The notes below the pieces were generated by a model, which saw nothing but the letters and a program-made list of their open reading frames with translations, was not told where the DNA came from and made no database searches. A stretch of DNA of 46,970 nucleotides from Vezdaea acicularis (Eukaryota): the NCBI GenBank assembly GCA_026025075.1, contig JAPEUI010000028.1, forward strand, positions 124,001 to 170,970, read 5' to 3'. Below are positions 14,610 through 27,119 of this stretch, one piece after another (within the stretch, counting starts at the first letter, position 1; every line of letters starts with the position of its first letter). A program made the translations under genes and the position numbers.

Positions 14610-16332
14610 ATGCCGTCGCCGGGCTCTATGCCCTCCGCCTTGACGTTTGACCTTTTGGCTAAGTGCTCAGTGCGCTCTAGAACCCTGCAAGTCTTACAGC
14701 TTGACTGATTCGTAAACAGGTCACGAAAGCGCGAGCCTCACTTCTTCGGCTGCCCCATGGACCTGTTGAACTACCCATCTTCATGCCAGTCGCAACTCAG
14801 GGCACTCTTAAAGGTCTCACGCCCGAACAGTTAGAAGGAACTGGCTGCCGGTTATGTTTGAACAACACATATCACCTGTAGGTGCCCAGGGACCCCACCG
14901 GCAAAGCTGAAGCTCGCTTCATTGATAGACTCACCTCTACCCTAGCGGTCTCAAACCGGGGCAAGCGATCCTTGATGCTGTGGGTGGCGCTCACAAATTC
15001 CAGTCATGGAGCCACAACATCCTTACAGGTTTGTGAGAGGATCTAGAGGCGGCTGGTGTCACTTGCAGTTAGCTGATCTGAAGATAAGATAGTGGTGGGT
15101 CGGTTGAGCCTAACGATCTTTCTATATACAAAATGCTCATAGAAGCCTCAGCTTTCAAATGGTATCACTGCTCAAGCTAGCACGCGTAACAGAGGAGGGT
15201 GTCAAGTTCCTCAGTCCCCATGATGGTACGCCCATGTAAGTCCTGATACGGCCTCGCCGTAAGGCCCTCCTTACTAACTCTTCTGCGTCATAAAGGCTGC
15301 TCTCCCCAGAGCACTCCATATCCCTCCAAAATTCCATAGGTTCCGACATCATTATGCAGCTGGACGACGTGATCGCAACAACCTCACCTGACCTGGCTCG
15401 GATTAAGGAAGCTACGCATCGTTCAATACGCTGGCTTGATCGATGCATCGACGCACACAAGTATCCAGAGAGACAAAATTTATTTTGTATCATTCAAGGC
15501 GGTCTCGATCTTGACCTAAGAAGAGAATGCTGTAAGGAGATGGTCCGAAGAGATACGCCCGGGATTGCAATAGGAGGGTTGTCTGGGGGTGAGGCGAAGG
15601 AAGCATATTGCAAAGTGTACTATATTCCTTTTGCTGAACCCTTGATCGATCCCTGACCTACTCCAGAGTGGATACCTGTACTGGGCTATTACCAGACGGA
15701 AAGCCTCGCTATGTTATGGGCGTGGTGTGTAACCGAAGATATTCAAGGCGCAAAACTTTTGCTGACTGATCCAAAGGGCTACCCTGAAGACCTGATGGTA
15801 TCTGTCGCCCTTGGCGCGGATATGTTCGATTGCGTGTGGCCCACTCGGACCGCCGTATGTATATCCATTTGACGACGCTAGAACGCCGAATAGCTGACGC
15901 GCCCTAGCGTTTTGGGAATGCGGTGACATCAACCGGTGTATTGAATCTACGGCATGCGTCATATGCTGAAGACTTCTCTCCAGTAGAGGATGACTGTGGC
16001 TGTCAGTGTTGCCGTCCAGCCAGCGAAGGCGGGCTCGGCGTAACCCGTGCTTTCATATACCACTTGGCTGCAAAGGAAACTGTTGGGGCGCACTTGTAAG
16101 TGACTGTCACATGCTGTCACAATTTCCTAAGGTTAACGACCATGACAGACTTACGATGCACAATGTATACTACCAGCTGCAGCTGATGAAGTCCGCCCGA
16201 ACAGCCATTATCGAAGATCGCTTTCCAGCCTTCTTGAGAGACTTCTTTGCCCAGCTGTATGACAACCCGAGAAAATACCCATGCTGGGCTGTCGATGCGT
16301 TGCGGAGGGTAGGTGTGGACTTGCTCTCTTGA
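14610..16332 (+). CDS. QTRT1: Queuine tRNA-ribosyltransferase catalytic subunit
   Basis: [68 protein letters not shown] zinc site and LTMHN; nine introns can be assigned. Confidence 0.93.
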
Positions 16333-16364
16333 TATCCTATTGCATTCAAATAGCAACTAGACAT

Positions 16365-17068
16365 TCATCCCCTCATGGCCTGCTGCAACTCATTCCAGGC
16401 CTTCTCTTCCTCATCTCTCGCTTGACTTTCTAGACTCTCGCTCTTGACATCAACCTCCGCCCTCATCCCGAACCTCTCCTCGTCCTCTTCCTCCATCGTC
16501 GCGATGACCGTCGCCGTTGCGTAATCCCCATCGTGACTAATGGAGCAACTCTGCTTCAGGAACTCCGGCGGTGGCGGCCTTCCTAGAAGTCCAAGAACCT
16601 CTGGATCTCCTTCAGGAGGCATCTCTACCCCCCTGCTCTTCGTACTCTCCACCATCTGATTATCGCCGTTATTCTTGACCAGCAAGAATATCGAGCCACC
16701 CTTCCTTGTATGCACGTCTACATGATGCCAATATACGCTCCTCCACCAATTGGCCTTCTTCGCCGCCTCCTTGACTGCGAATCTGCGCGCCACAAAGTAC
16801 AATTAGCCCGATCATCCCAAAGACTTTCCAGAGGCTAACCAGGCCAGCTCTCTTACCTTCCAGCAATGAATTGCGCCCTCCTTCTAACTGTCATATCAAT
16901 AAGCTTGTTCTCCACTCCCAGCTTGCCTAGCTCTTGAGAGCTGAAGAGCTTGCGCACGAAGGGCATGAAATCCTTGCCCTCTCTTTGTGTAATGATCTTG
17001 TAGATGCGCGGAATATGGCATATATCGGTTCCGATACTAAGACTTGCGCCTAGCTTCCTCGATGCCAT
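16365..17068 (-). CDS. PPT2: AcpS-type 4'-phosphopantetheinyl transferase (mitochondrial holo-ACP synthase)
   Basis: IGTDICHIPRI, FIAGR|FAVKEAAKKA across one intron and SISHDGDYATA, the three AcpS motifs. Confidence 0.85.
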
Positions 17069-17654
17069 TGAAGGACGAGGAAGGGGAGATGCGGAAGTAG
17101 AGCTGCTCGGCAGAGCTTCGAACGCGAGGAAATTTTGAGAGCTAGAATGCAACTAGAAAGTCTTGGCGCGGAATTGCCTCCGCTGGCTAAGAGATCTGGT
17201 ATAACACTCATGATTTAAGTTTGGGACCCCCAAGTGTTCCCATCAATCAATGTGCGGGCTCAGTATTCATAACTTGATGATATAGCCTATTACTGGAGAG
17301 AGATTATATATTTAGGGATGCTGCACCCTTAAGCTTCACAAAGTCCCACCCAACCCTTAGAATGCCATTCGCTAAACAACGTCAAGCAAAAGTAGGCTAA
17401 GGAAGTGAAACAGAGTTTGGAGGGCGAATAGAAAGCAATGCCAATCAGGTCTGGAGCAATGACCTGAAAGTAGCGTCCAACTAGGAATCGGTATTAATGA
17501 AAAAGGGTCACTCAGTGTCCTACGATGTTCTGCATCCACCCGTTCAAACAGCTTCGCATGCTGGCTATCAGAGTATTGTAACATCAACCGACTTCACCAT
17601 GTCGGATCGAGACATCTCATCCACCACATCTTATGCTAGAACCTTCTCAAAACT

Positions 17655-18774
17655 TCAATGATCATCGAGAAGTGGCTGTCTCTCACGGTCTTCACTCACT
17701 CCGGCCCCACCCCGTCTGAAGGTAAACTTGCCATCTGTAAGACCTGGAACCGAGACGAGAATGGAGAAGACGAAAAGAGTGGCCATGATAGTAAAAGCAA
17801 AGATCCACTGGAAGGCAATGACTTTGGTGAGGAATTGGCCGACGCCAAGGGCTGATGGCTACATTAGCAAGAATCCTCTTTGTTAGGTAAATTTTGGACT
17901 CACAGGCAGAAAGCACACTAAGCTCGAAGCCAATGGTGTAATCCTTAAAGACAACGAGGAAAAACAACCCAAACACAAGGATCCCCCAGATGGCAATGTT
18001 TGCAAAAATCCTCGCGACAAGAGTATGGGCATTGACCATGACTGCACCATTCCAGAAGATAGCCACGAAAGTCCATGCCAGTGGAGCGGAAACAACTGGA
18101 ATATGAATGAATCTTGCGTAGTTGGAATGACGGAAGTATAGGGAGGCGAGATTAAAGAAATTAACAATCAAGAGCAACTCTGCCCACCAAAAGTGGGATC
18201 GGGACCAAAGCATGACCCATCCGAATTGTAGGAGGTTATTCGCAACAAAGTGGGATCCCACGTTGGCCGCCGAGGTAACATACTCGGTATTTGTGGAGAA
18301 GAGATGCCACACATATCCAAGCTGCAAAGCCCAGACGATGACCCTAGACAAGGCTGTAAGCATATAATAAGCTATCAGATCGAAATATAAGCTTACCAGT
18401 ATATGGATGTAATGGGCTCGTTCAACGCAAATGGAGTGGGATATGCCTTGTTTTGACCCCAGATTGTTCGACGGTGATATTTGCCCTCGGTGGGTTTGTG
18501 AACAGAGTAGAATACCGTCGTAAGAACAACCAGAAGCCAGGACAAAATAGTCACAACCTTGTATGCAATTACGTTGCTTCGGCTAACATCCTCCCGTTTG
18601 GAAAACGGATTGACTGTTCAATGAAGAGCAAAGATCAGTGATCAACCCATATTGAAAGGGCCATACTCGTTATGTATCGTGCACGAAAAGGGTATGAGAG
18701 GATGAGGCATGCTTTGCCCAGGCATGCGAGGACTAGGCAAGGAGATAAGACTGACTTCTGTGTAGAGTGTCCAT
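17655..18774 (-). CDS. Multi-pass fungal membrane protein (DUF1774-like)
   Basis: Spliced model MDTLHRI-NPFSKRE..; VGSHFVANNLLQFGWVMLW, IHIPVVSAPLAW and C-terminal ERQPLLDDH; about 7 hydrophobic segments. Family call from memory of similar proteins. Confidence 0.75.
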
Positions 18775-19734
18775 TGTGGAAGCTGACAGGACAGCAGAAG
18801 CAAGACGCTTGACAGTGAAGACTTCTCGTCAGATGGACAAGCGCGAAAGGTAGCTTTAACCTTGAGCAAACTAGCCTGTAAAGAAGGACATATGGTTAGC
18901 CATCATCAGTCCTTCAGCTCAAGTATTTGATGACCGTCGAGGGAGGTATTCTGAAAGCTTACTTGACGCAGGATTCTCTTGAGCAGAGTGGTTGTTGTGA
19001 TGAAAGAGGAGAAAGAATGTTGGAAGTGGGACGGGGAGTCTCATAGGCGGTGGTCACAAGCTATCAAGGCAGGAAGCCCCCCGCACTTTCCTCGGACCCC
19101 TTTGGTCCTTCGGGGAAGTGCAGGAGGGCACCGGAAACAGCAAGATCGACAATCGACGGCATCGAAGTCAGCTTTCCTATTCGGATAGAGGCCTCCGTTG
19201 GAAAAAGTCTGCCAGGCCTCATGTTCTGGTTGGGTGTGTCAAATGACCATCACCAACATCCTGGCCACACTCGGCTCAGGTTCTCAGACGTGGGGTAGAA
19301 CTGATCGCGATCCAATGCTATTGCCTCCATGTGCGAAAAGCATGGGCTTGGCGCCATATATCACGTATCTCCTACCTTATTCGATCTTACATTCATGACG
19401 TTTGTCTCCTGCTGTACTCGTTGCCTCAGCTCCAACAGAGCTGTTGTCCGACGGGATACAAACTGTAAATTACGTATGGGCCCCAGCGTTGCCTTCCGCT
19501 CGCTTGAGGAGAAGGCGCCACGAACGCGCAAGATCCGGGCACGCTTACCTGATTGGGTTGCCTGCAGCTGGGAACAGGCGGGAAATGCCGTTATCGGGAG
19601 CCTGCCATGTCGTGATCCGCCATAGCAACGAGCTTTGACCGGTAAAATCGATTCGACAATTTATAGCTTCCGGTAGTTGTCGCTGTATCCATAGGACTAG
19701 GACCTCTGATACTTTCTATATCTTTTTTTCTGCT

Positions 19735-21033
19735 ATGAGGTTTAATTCTTTTATCCTGCTCTTAGCAGCAGCAACATGTTCTTGTGGACTTGTCAACCCA
19801 AAGCCAGACGTTGTGCAGCGGAATGGAGAACAAGTGGTCTTTGCCAGCGGAGATGAAGACATGCGTTTGATCGAACTTGCTCCTGGTGAGACACGGTGGG
19901 TAACAGAGGAGAATAAACTGGATATAAAGCGGGTAAGACGTCGAGCACAAAGCTCCTGGACCTTATAATAGTGGCTAACCAAGTCCCATAGGCTGGGGTC
20001 AATTTTATGGACATAACAGATCACCAGGAATTGGGATTCAACTCAGCCGCGCAGATGGCCAAGAAAGTCACCTTCCCTAAGGGCACGTCACATCAAAAAG
20101 AGCTCGAGCCGCTGATAGCAAATCTCTCCAAACCGAACATGGAAGAGAACCTCGAGAAGTTCTCTTCCTTCTATACACGCTACTACAAGTCAAGCTATGG
20201 AGTGCAGTCCGCAGACTGGCTCTTTGGGCGCATCAACAGCACGATCTATGCCTCCGGCGCGGATAAGTATGGAGCCCATGTTGAAAAGTTCCCGCACCCA
20301 TGGGGCCAGCCCAGTTTGATAGCAACCATTCCAGGAAAAAGCAATGCCACCGTCATAATTGGCGCACATCAGGACAGCATCAACCTATTTCTTCCAATGG
20401 TCCTGTCTGCGCCAGGTGCGGATGATGATGGCAGTGGAACGGTCACTATACTTGAAGCGCTTCGAGCGCTTCTTCAGTCAAGCGATGTTGTTAAAGGAAA
20501 AGCCGAGAACACTGTAGAGTTTCAGTGGTATTCTGCTGAGGAAGGCGGCCTCCTAGGAAGCCAGGCTATATTCTCAGCATACCAGAAGGAGAGGCGCAAT
20601 GTCAAGGCCATGCTGCAGCAAGATATGACTGGTTACGTTCAGCGAACTCTCGACGCAGGCAAGGAAGTCAGTGTTGGCGTCATCACAGACTACGTGGATG
20701 AAGGCTTGACGGATTTCATCAAGAAAGTTGTCACAGAGGTATGTCTGCCTCCGAATGTCTCTAGACTAGAGTCATATATGCTAACGAAGTGTCCAGTACT
20801 GTGATATTCCATACATCGAGACGAAATGTGGGTACGCGTGCTCAGATCACGCTTCTGCCTCGAAAGCGGGATACCCTTCTGCGTTCGTCATCGAGTCAGA
20901 GTTCAAGTACAGCGACAACCACATCCACACATCCGACGATAAGATTGAGTATCTAGACTTCAACCATATGTTACAACATGCGAAGTTGACTCTCGGCTTG
21001 GTGTACGAACTGGCATTTGCTAAATTCCAGTGA
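19735..21033 (+). CDS. LAP1: Secreted leucine aminopeptidase 1 (peptidase M28)
   Basis: Signal peptide and propeptide; [51 protein letters not shown]; two introns. Confidence 0.93.
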
Positions 21034-21525
21034 AATATGGTGTTGGGGATAGCTGATGTTGGATGCAGCGATATACAGGCATTTGGGCATTTGCATATAG
21101 GCATGGCGAAGGGAGAGGCACTCTACGGTCACCGTCGCCCACACCGTATCACTATATTTTGTGTACAAGGCAGAAAAATCATCACACTTACCTATCCCAG
21201 GTCTTTGATATGTATGTTGTGTCAGTACAGCCTTTGAATGCGCCTTGCTCCCCATCGCATTCCGAGTCATCCCTGAGCAGCCTGAGCATGACGGCGTGAC
21301 TCTTCTGCGCCGCATGATTGGCGAATCAGCTTCCCGACATTCGCTGCGACACCTGTTGACCCACCTCCCAATCCACTCCCCATCGCATCACCGATAAAGA
21401 CAGGCTTGCCTTTCTTCATTCCTCCACCGCCCTCTTCTCAAAAGGCACAGCTTATACCAACATCCTCTCCTCCCAAACGGCCCCCAAGAGCACCGCGACC
21501 AGCTTTTCTCACTCCGCAAGCAAGC

Positions 21526-22838
21526 ATGGCGATCGGACCCAACCATCCACCGCCGGCCGCTCCGCACGCGCACCCCATCCAACCCATCGACATCTCCAGC
21601 TGGGCCTCCGGCGCCCTCTCAAGCCTCTCTCTGCACTCTCCCTCACCAGCCGGGTTTCCATCCAGCGCCCTCAGCATCCCCCTCGATGCCTCCATCCACT
21701 CCACAGCTGCTGCGGCGACTGCCGGCGCCGCCCCAGCCGGGCCCGCGAAGCGCAGGGTTTCCGCGGCGCAGAAAGGAGAGCTTCGCCGCAGAGATAGTCT
21801 TAAGCGGCGCGAGGCCCTGCTGAAGGGGAAGGAGGGGAGTCGCAGGCGTCAGCGTTGGGAGAATGGTGTGTTGCTTTGCCCCCCTTTGTCCGCTTTGCGC
21901 TTGATACCATCCCCTACTTCTGAACGCGAGACAGAGAGAGAGAGAGAGAGAGAGATGAACACCCAGCTAGCGGACTAGGCTAACAAAACTCCCACCCACC
22001 AGACCGTCTCCTAAACAACCCCTACGCCCAGCAGCCCGCCAAAGAAGACTGGGAAGTCCACCCCACCTATCCAGTACACACCGTGCCCTACTACCTCGCC
22101 CCACTCTGGGAAGCCGGCCTGAAAGCGCGCGCCTTAGAACGCGGAGAACTGCGTAACGCACGGCGGCGGAATACCACCAACTCCAACAACAACAACAAGA
22201 GCGAAGCAGAACACATCCCGCACGCCCTCCGCGCCGTCTTCAAGAAAGCGCGAAGTGCCAAGGGCTTGCTGACGTGCTTGGAAGAAGATGTTCGGTCGTG
22301 GTTGTCCTCGCGCTGGAATGCGGCTCAGGAGCTCTCTCCCGCGGCGGAGTCTGCGTCTGGGCTTGGGAATGGAATTGGAAATGAGGATCTGCTCATGGAG
22401 AGCGAAGACGAGGAAATCGTGTTCGTGGGACGTCGCTCGCGCGGGACCACTCCTCTACAAGAGTCATTCCAGAAAGTGGACTTGTCCACAGACGCACCGA
22501 CGCAGTCACAACCCCGAACGCAGCTGGAAATGCTAGTCCTCCGCGCCCCGCTCGAAGACCAAGGGGCTAAATTCGCGTATGTCTCTATCTCTCTCCCCTC
22601 CCCCCTTTCTTCCTCCTTCTCCCCCCCCTTGATGCGGATGATCCGACTAATTACACGCAGCCGCTTCCTCCTCCACAACATAGCAGCTTACTACGGTCTT
22701 CGCGCGTGGTCCATCACCGTCGGCGATCCCGCTACACGAGAGGCGTATATCGGGCTTCCGGAGACGGTGAAAGTCGAGAGACGGATGAGTCTGGGGGAGG
22801 AGGGGGAGTTGCCTCGGCCGTTGTGGGGCTTGGTATGA
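21526..22838 (+). CDS. Fungal protein with R3H-associated N-terminal domain and degenerate R3H-like C-terminus
   Basis: RRDSLKRREALLKGKEGSRRRQRWEN|DRLLNNPYAQQPAKEDWEVHPTYP and C-terminal RFLLHNIAAYYGLRAWSITVGDPATREAYIG; two introns. Confidence 0.8.
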
Positions 22839-23458
22839 TGAGCTCGGCGGGGAAGGGGTAGGGTGGTGGGTGGGGGAGGTGGTTATGATGCGGGAGAGGC
22901 GCTGGGGAGGGTTAGGGCCGGGTATGGTAGAGGTAGGGGTTGGGGTAGGGTAAGGGATACGGGATGCTGTGCAAGAAGTTTCCACTTGCTTTGATCATAA
23001 GAGAGATAGACGACTAGCCGATACTCCGCCGCATACACCCCCTTCTTACCGCTTCTGCCATTCCACAACTCTCCCATATCTCCCTCCTTTCCCCCTCCCT
23101 CCCTCCCGGGGACCCCGGGCGTTGTAGCATCGTCGTAACATCACAGAAACCGGCAACATCCACCCCTTGGGTTTCTTTCGTTCGGTTGTTTTTCGACCCC
23201 AACGTCTCTACCCCCGCAGCATCTCCAATAGACCAGGTCCACCCCTACACTTCCTTCCCGCAAATATTCCTTCCCAACCCATTCATATCCTCAACCTACA
23301 TATCACACCCACCCCCCTGCCAAATATCCCCCCCCCCCCTAAAACTTCTCCACCAGGTCCCATACACCCTCCACGACATGCCCCGCTGCGTCGAAGTATG
23401 TGTCGCTAACCTCATATTGTCCCGTCTACATGACAATCTCCTTTGTCTTCGGACGGTA

Positions 23459-23490
23459 GGAGGAGGGGAGGGAGGGGGGGGGGGGGGGGG

Positions 23491-23541
<51 letters not shown>
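23459..23541 (+). repeat. Poly-G tract (~80 nt, few A interruptions)
   Basis: Directly visible near-homopolymer G run. Confidence 0.95.
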
Positions 23542-23542
<1 letters not shown>

Positions 23543-24070
23543 AAGAGGGCGTGGAGGGTTTGGTTTGAGGTTTTCTTCGTGGGATAATCCCGCGGGGGAG
23601 AAAGGGAGGGGAGAGGGAGGCTGTGTTATGGAACAAGCTTCATCACTACAATCTACAGGCCATATTGAACCCAGAGTAGCTTGCACAATCCATTGTTCCC
23701 TATAGGTATCATATATACAACCCCACCAACGCCCATGACCCGCCATCCAAGCCGAAGGAGTGATATGATTCCATGAGTGGGACGAGCTCAAGAAGGGAGA
23801 AAGATGATACCACCAATAGCCAACCATAATCCCAAGCCAACCGTCCGCAGGACTGGGAGCCTGCATCCCATGCAACGCGCCACTTTGCGCCCTGGCCCTC
23901 CGCGAAGAGGATCGCTCGGTATAACCAACCATATAGTAGTGGTAGTAGTAGCCGGCCACGCGCCCTAGTAAGACAGTGATAGTAACCCCAAAGACATTAC
24001 TGTATCGTAGTGGTAAAGGGAGCAAAGAGCCGAATGGATGCACGCTGTTTATGCAACCATGCAGTAAACG

Positions 24071-25496
24071 CTAAGCCTTCGCCGAGATCTGTCGTAGAGG
24101 AGAGTGCCGGGTTTGAGTACTGCTATTATGGTTGGAGTTGCGGCGACTGAAAACCTCGTCGATGAGCCGCTTGGGGCCGACGTACTCCATATCCATCTTC
24201 AATGACTTCTTCATTGGGACTGGGACCATGATATGCACGGATCGCTTCGTGTGGAAGCGTCGTGCGATGCTGTCATCCACCAACGCCGTGAGACCAGTAG
24301 AAACAATTACACTGGGGCAACTTATCAGTTCCTGGACTTATCGTTTTCATCGACAATGAGGTGACTTACTCTGCAACGTCTGTCAATCCGCTTAGCACCG
24401 TCGGATCATTAATCCACATCGAACACTGTGGCACCCAACCACCCTTTGCTTCCTCTTCCGCGGCTTGTTGAGGCGTCAAGCTGTCAGGTACAAGATAGGC
24501 GATAGAGTTGCCTCCATGCGTGTTGACGAGTTGAAAGGATACCTCGCGTTGAGCAGCATTCTTCTTTACAATGCGCTTCCACGCGTAAGTGGAACCCCAG
24601 TATTCAAACTCATAACGTTTTGACTGCTTCGAACCTTGACGCTTGATATTCACATGAGCGTAGTTGGAGAACTCAAGCCTGGTGGCCTTCGTGGGAGTAC
24701 TCTCTGCAGGAGTCTTCCCAAATGACACCGGCCTGGCATCGGCAGTCGACTCTTCGTCAAAGGAGTCGTATCCGCTGTCATGTCGCTTCAATGAGTTTCC
24801 GGGATGTGGTGCTTTCGACTCTTCCTTGTGGCCACGGATACTGGACAGGACATTGCTGACGGATCGTTGAAGACCTGGTCGCTTGTTGTTGGTGGCCTTG
24901 ACAATCCGACGTGTGTTGCAAACTTCCCGACCAGAATCGCGATGATACCGACGCAGAGAGAATTCTCGATTCCTAAGATCATGCATGCGAAGGTGGAACA
25001 GTGTGACGTCCCGCATCATGCCATGAGAATCGTTTACAGGAGTGTCGACTCGAAGGTTCATGTTTCCATCTAGGGTGGTATCATCATGTCGAATGACGAG
25101 TCGTCGCTGAGATGGGAAGAGCTCTGCAAACTCAGAAGGAGACGACGGTGTGACCGTGGATCGAGCAAGCTGGTCTCTATAATCCCTCTCGTCATATTCT
25201 ATAACTTCGTACTCGGGGTCGTAATCCTCAAAGTCTTCTTCGGACGGGATCGAAGAGGCAAGCGTCGATGATGAATCTCTTAGGTCGACGCTGCAGCTCG
25301 GCGAGAGGCTTGGATCAAACGTGTCGTATCTCGATCCGGTACTGTCGTACTTCCTGAGCGACGGTCGTGAAGGAAAGCCGTACGAGGTCGGTGCTGTGCT
25401 ATGAGAATGATCTGATCTATTGTCGGTGAATCGTGAGCTTGTCGAACCTTCACTCATATCGCTATAGTATCGCTGAACTCCAGCTCTTGAGGCCAT
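24071..25496 (-). CDS. Conserved hypothetical Pezizomycotina protein
   Basis: 379-codon open exon (LVIRHDDTTLDGNMNLRVD, LFHLRMHDLRNREFSLRRY, KRYEFEYWG, GGWVPQCSMWI) plus a terminal exon after a GTAAGT intron (VIVSTGLTALVDDSI). Confidence 0.8.
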
Positions 25497-26568
25497 GTCG
25501 AACAATTAAATATTCGTATGAATGAAACAAACACCGCTAGCCGTCCGAAAAAGAGGTTGTGGGGAGAGAGATGGAAGATGATTTACAGAAGGCTGAATGG
25601 TGGTCGGTTAAGATTCTGGAAGGATGCGACCGTGTGTAATCTAAGAGGAAAGATGGCCCATGCGGGCTCGGTCTACTGTCGTGTCGTCATGTTGAAGATA
25701 GTGTTTTGATTGATCTGGGCTGGTGGGAATGCCATTGAAAGAGGATAGGTATTCGGTATTTATGAAGATGAGAGGGGGAGGGCGAGGTTTAGGTGTATGA
25801 AGAGGAAACGCCTCGAACCGGACCTGGGGGGAGGCGAGTGTTTAACGAAGAGACAAATCTGGGCCACACCTCCCAGGTCGGCTGGCGGTGCCCCACGCCC
25901 AGCGCCGAAAGGCGAGCGGTCCCCCCGGACAACACCATCAAATCACGGTCTAGTCGGCTGCGTCGCACGTAAATTCGTGCCGGAGGGGTGCCTAGACGAT
26001 TCTGCATTTACCCAGTCGCTCCGACAGCCTTCCGTCATCGCCAGCGCTTGATACTCGAGGATCGCGACAATGGCTCCGAGACGACGCAGCGTCCACGTAC
26101 GGAGAAGCGACGAGAAGCAGATCATGGTCCATGACTCCTCACCATTCACCACTGCCCTCCACGCCGCGGGCTGATGTGTTTCCTGACGAGCTCACCGCAG
26201 CCAAAGCGCTGGCTGAGCGCACGAGTACGAGGCGGAGTGCGCGGCGGCGGCTACGGGGGCCTATTGGTCCCATCGCTCCTCACACGACTCGCCGTGGGCC
26301 ACGTCCGAGGGCTGCCAAGAGCTGCCACAGGCCTGGCCCCCCTGCGCGACCCGGCCAATCAGCGGCCGCACGCCCGCCCAGCGCCTCTTTGGGCGTAGCA
26401 TGGGGCTGCCTGGGATCGTGGATTGCCCCGCTGGCCTCCGCTTCCAATTACCCTCGCCGCGCCCCGCCACGACCTCATCCCCCGACCCATCGCCGACGGC
26501 CGCGGACGACGGGCGGACTGGTCGTGGGGCAGCGGAATAATCGGCCGTTTCAGTCGCGGTGATCCAAT

Positions 26569-26592
26569 CCGACCGACCGACCGACCGACCGA
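26569..26592 (+). repeat. (CCGA)6 microsatellite
   Basis: ccgaccgaccgaccgaccgaccga visible directly. Confidence 0.9.
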
Positions 26593-27119
26593 ATCGGCGC
26601 GGGACGGTCGTACCTCGACTCGTCTAGCTCTCGCTCGTCTCGCGACTCCATATCGTCATCGCAACGGAGACGCGAAGTTGGCCAGAGCTGTCGAGGTCCA
26701 GGATTGGGTCGGAATGACATGACGACCCATTCCGCCCGTACGAGGGACGGTTCATGTCCTCTGCGTGCGACCGGCGCGGACATGCTTTGCCCAATCGCGA
26801 GAGCTATCTGCATCTCATCTTACCATCCGGATGGCAGTCCGACCACAAGAAACATGAAAACAGCTCGAGAAGGCGCCCACCCGCAACCAGAATGATGTAC
26901 CACTTGAGATAGAGCCGGTTTGGTGGACACGTGCCGCCTGCGACCGTGCAGACGCTGTTTTGCCTTGGCCCTTGCGTCTGGCAACAGTTGAGGGATCGGC
27001 GTTCCCAAACGTTTGCCCAAGGCGCACTTCCGACACATGTTTCACCAATCATCACTCCTGATCCGATGCATCAACAGAACGCCAATGGACGGGCCACCAT
27101 GCTCGCCGCCAAGTATAGC

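Noticed and set aside
23186..24043. Poly-Gly/poly-Pro ORFs
   Set aside because: Artefacts of the poly-G tract.
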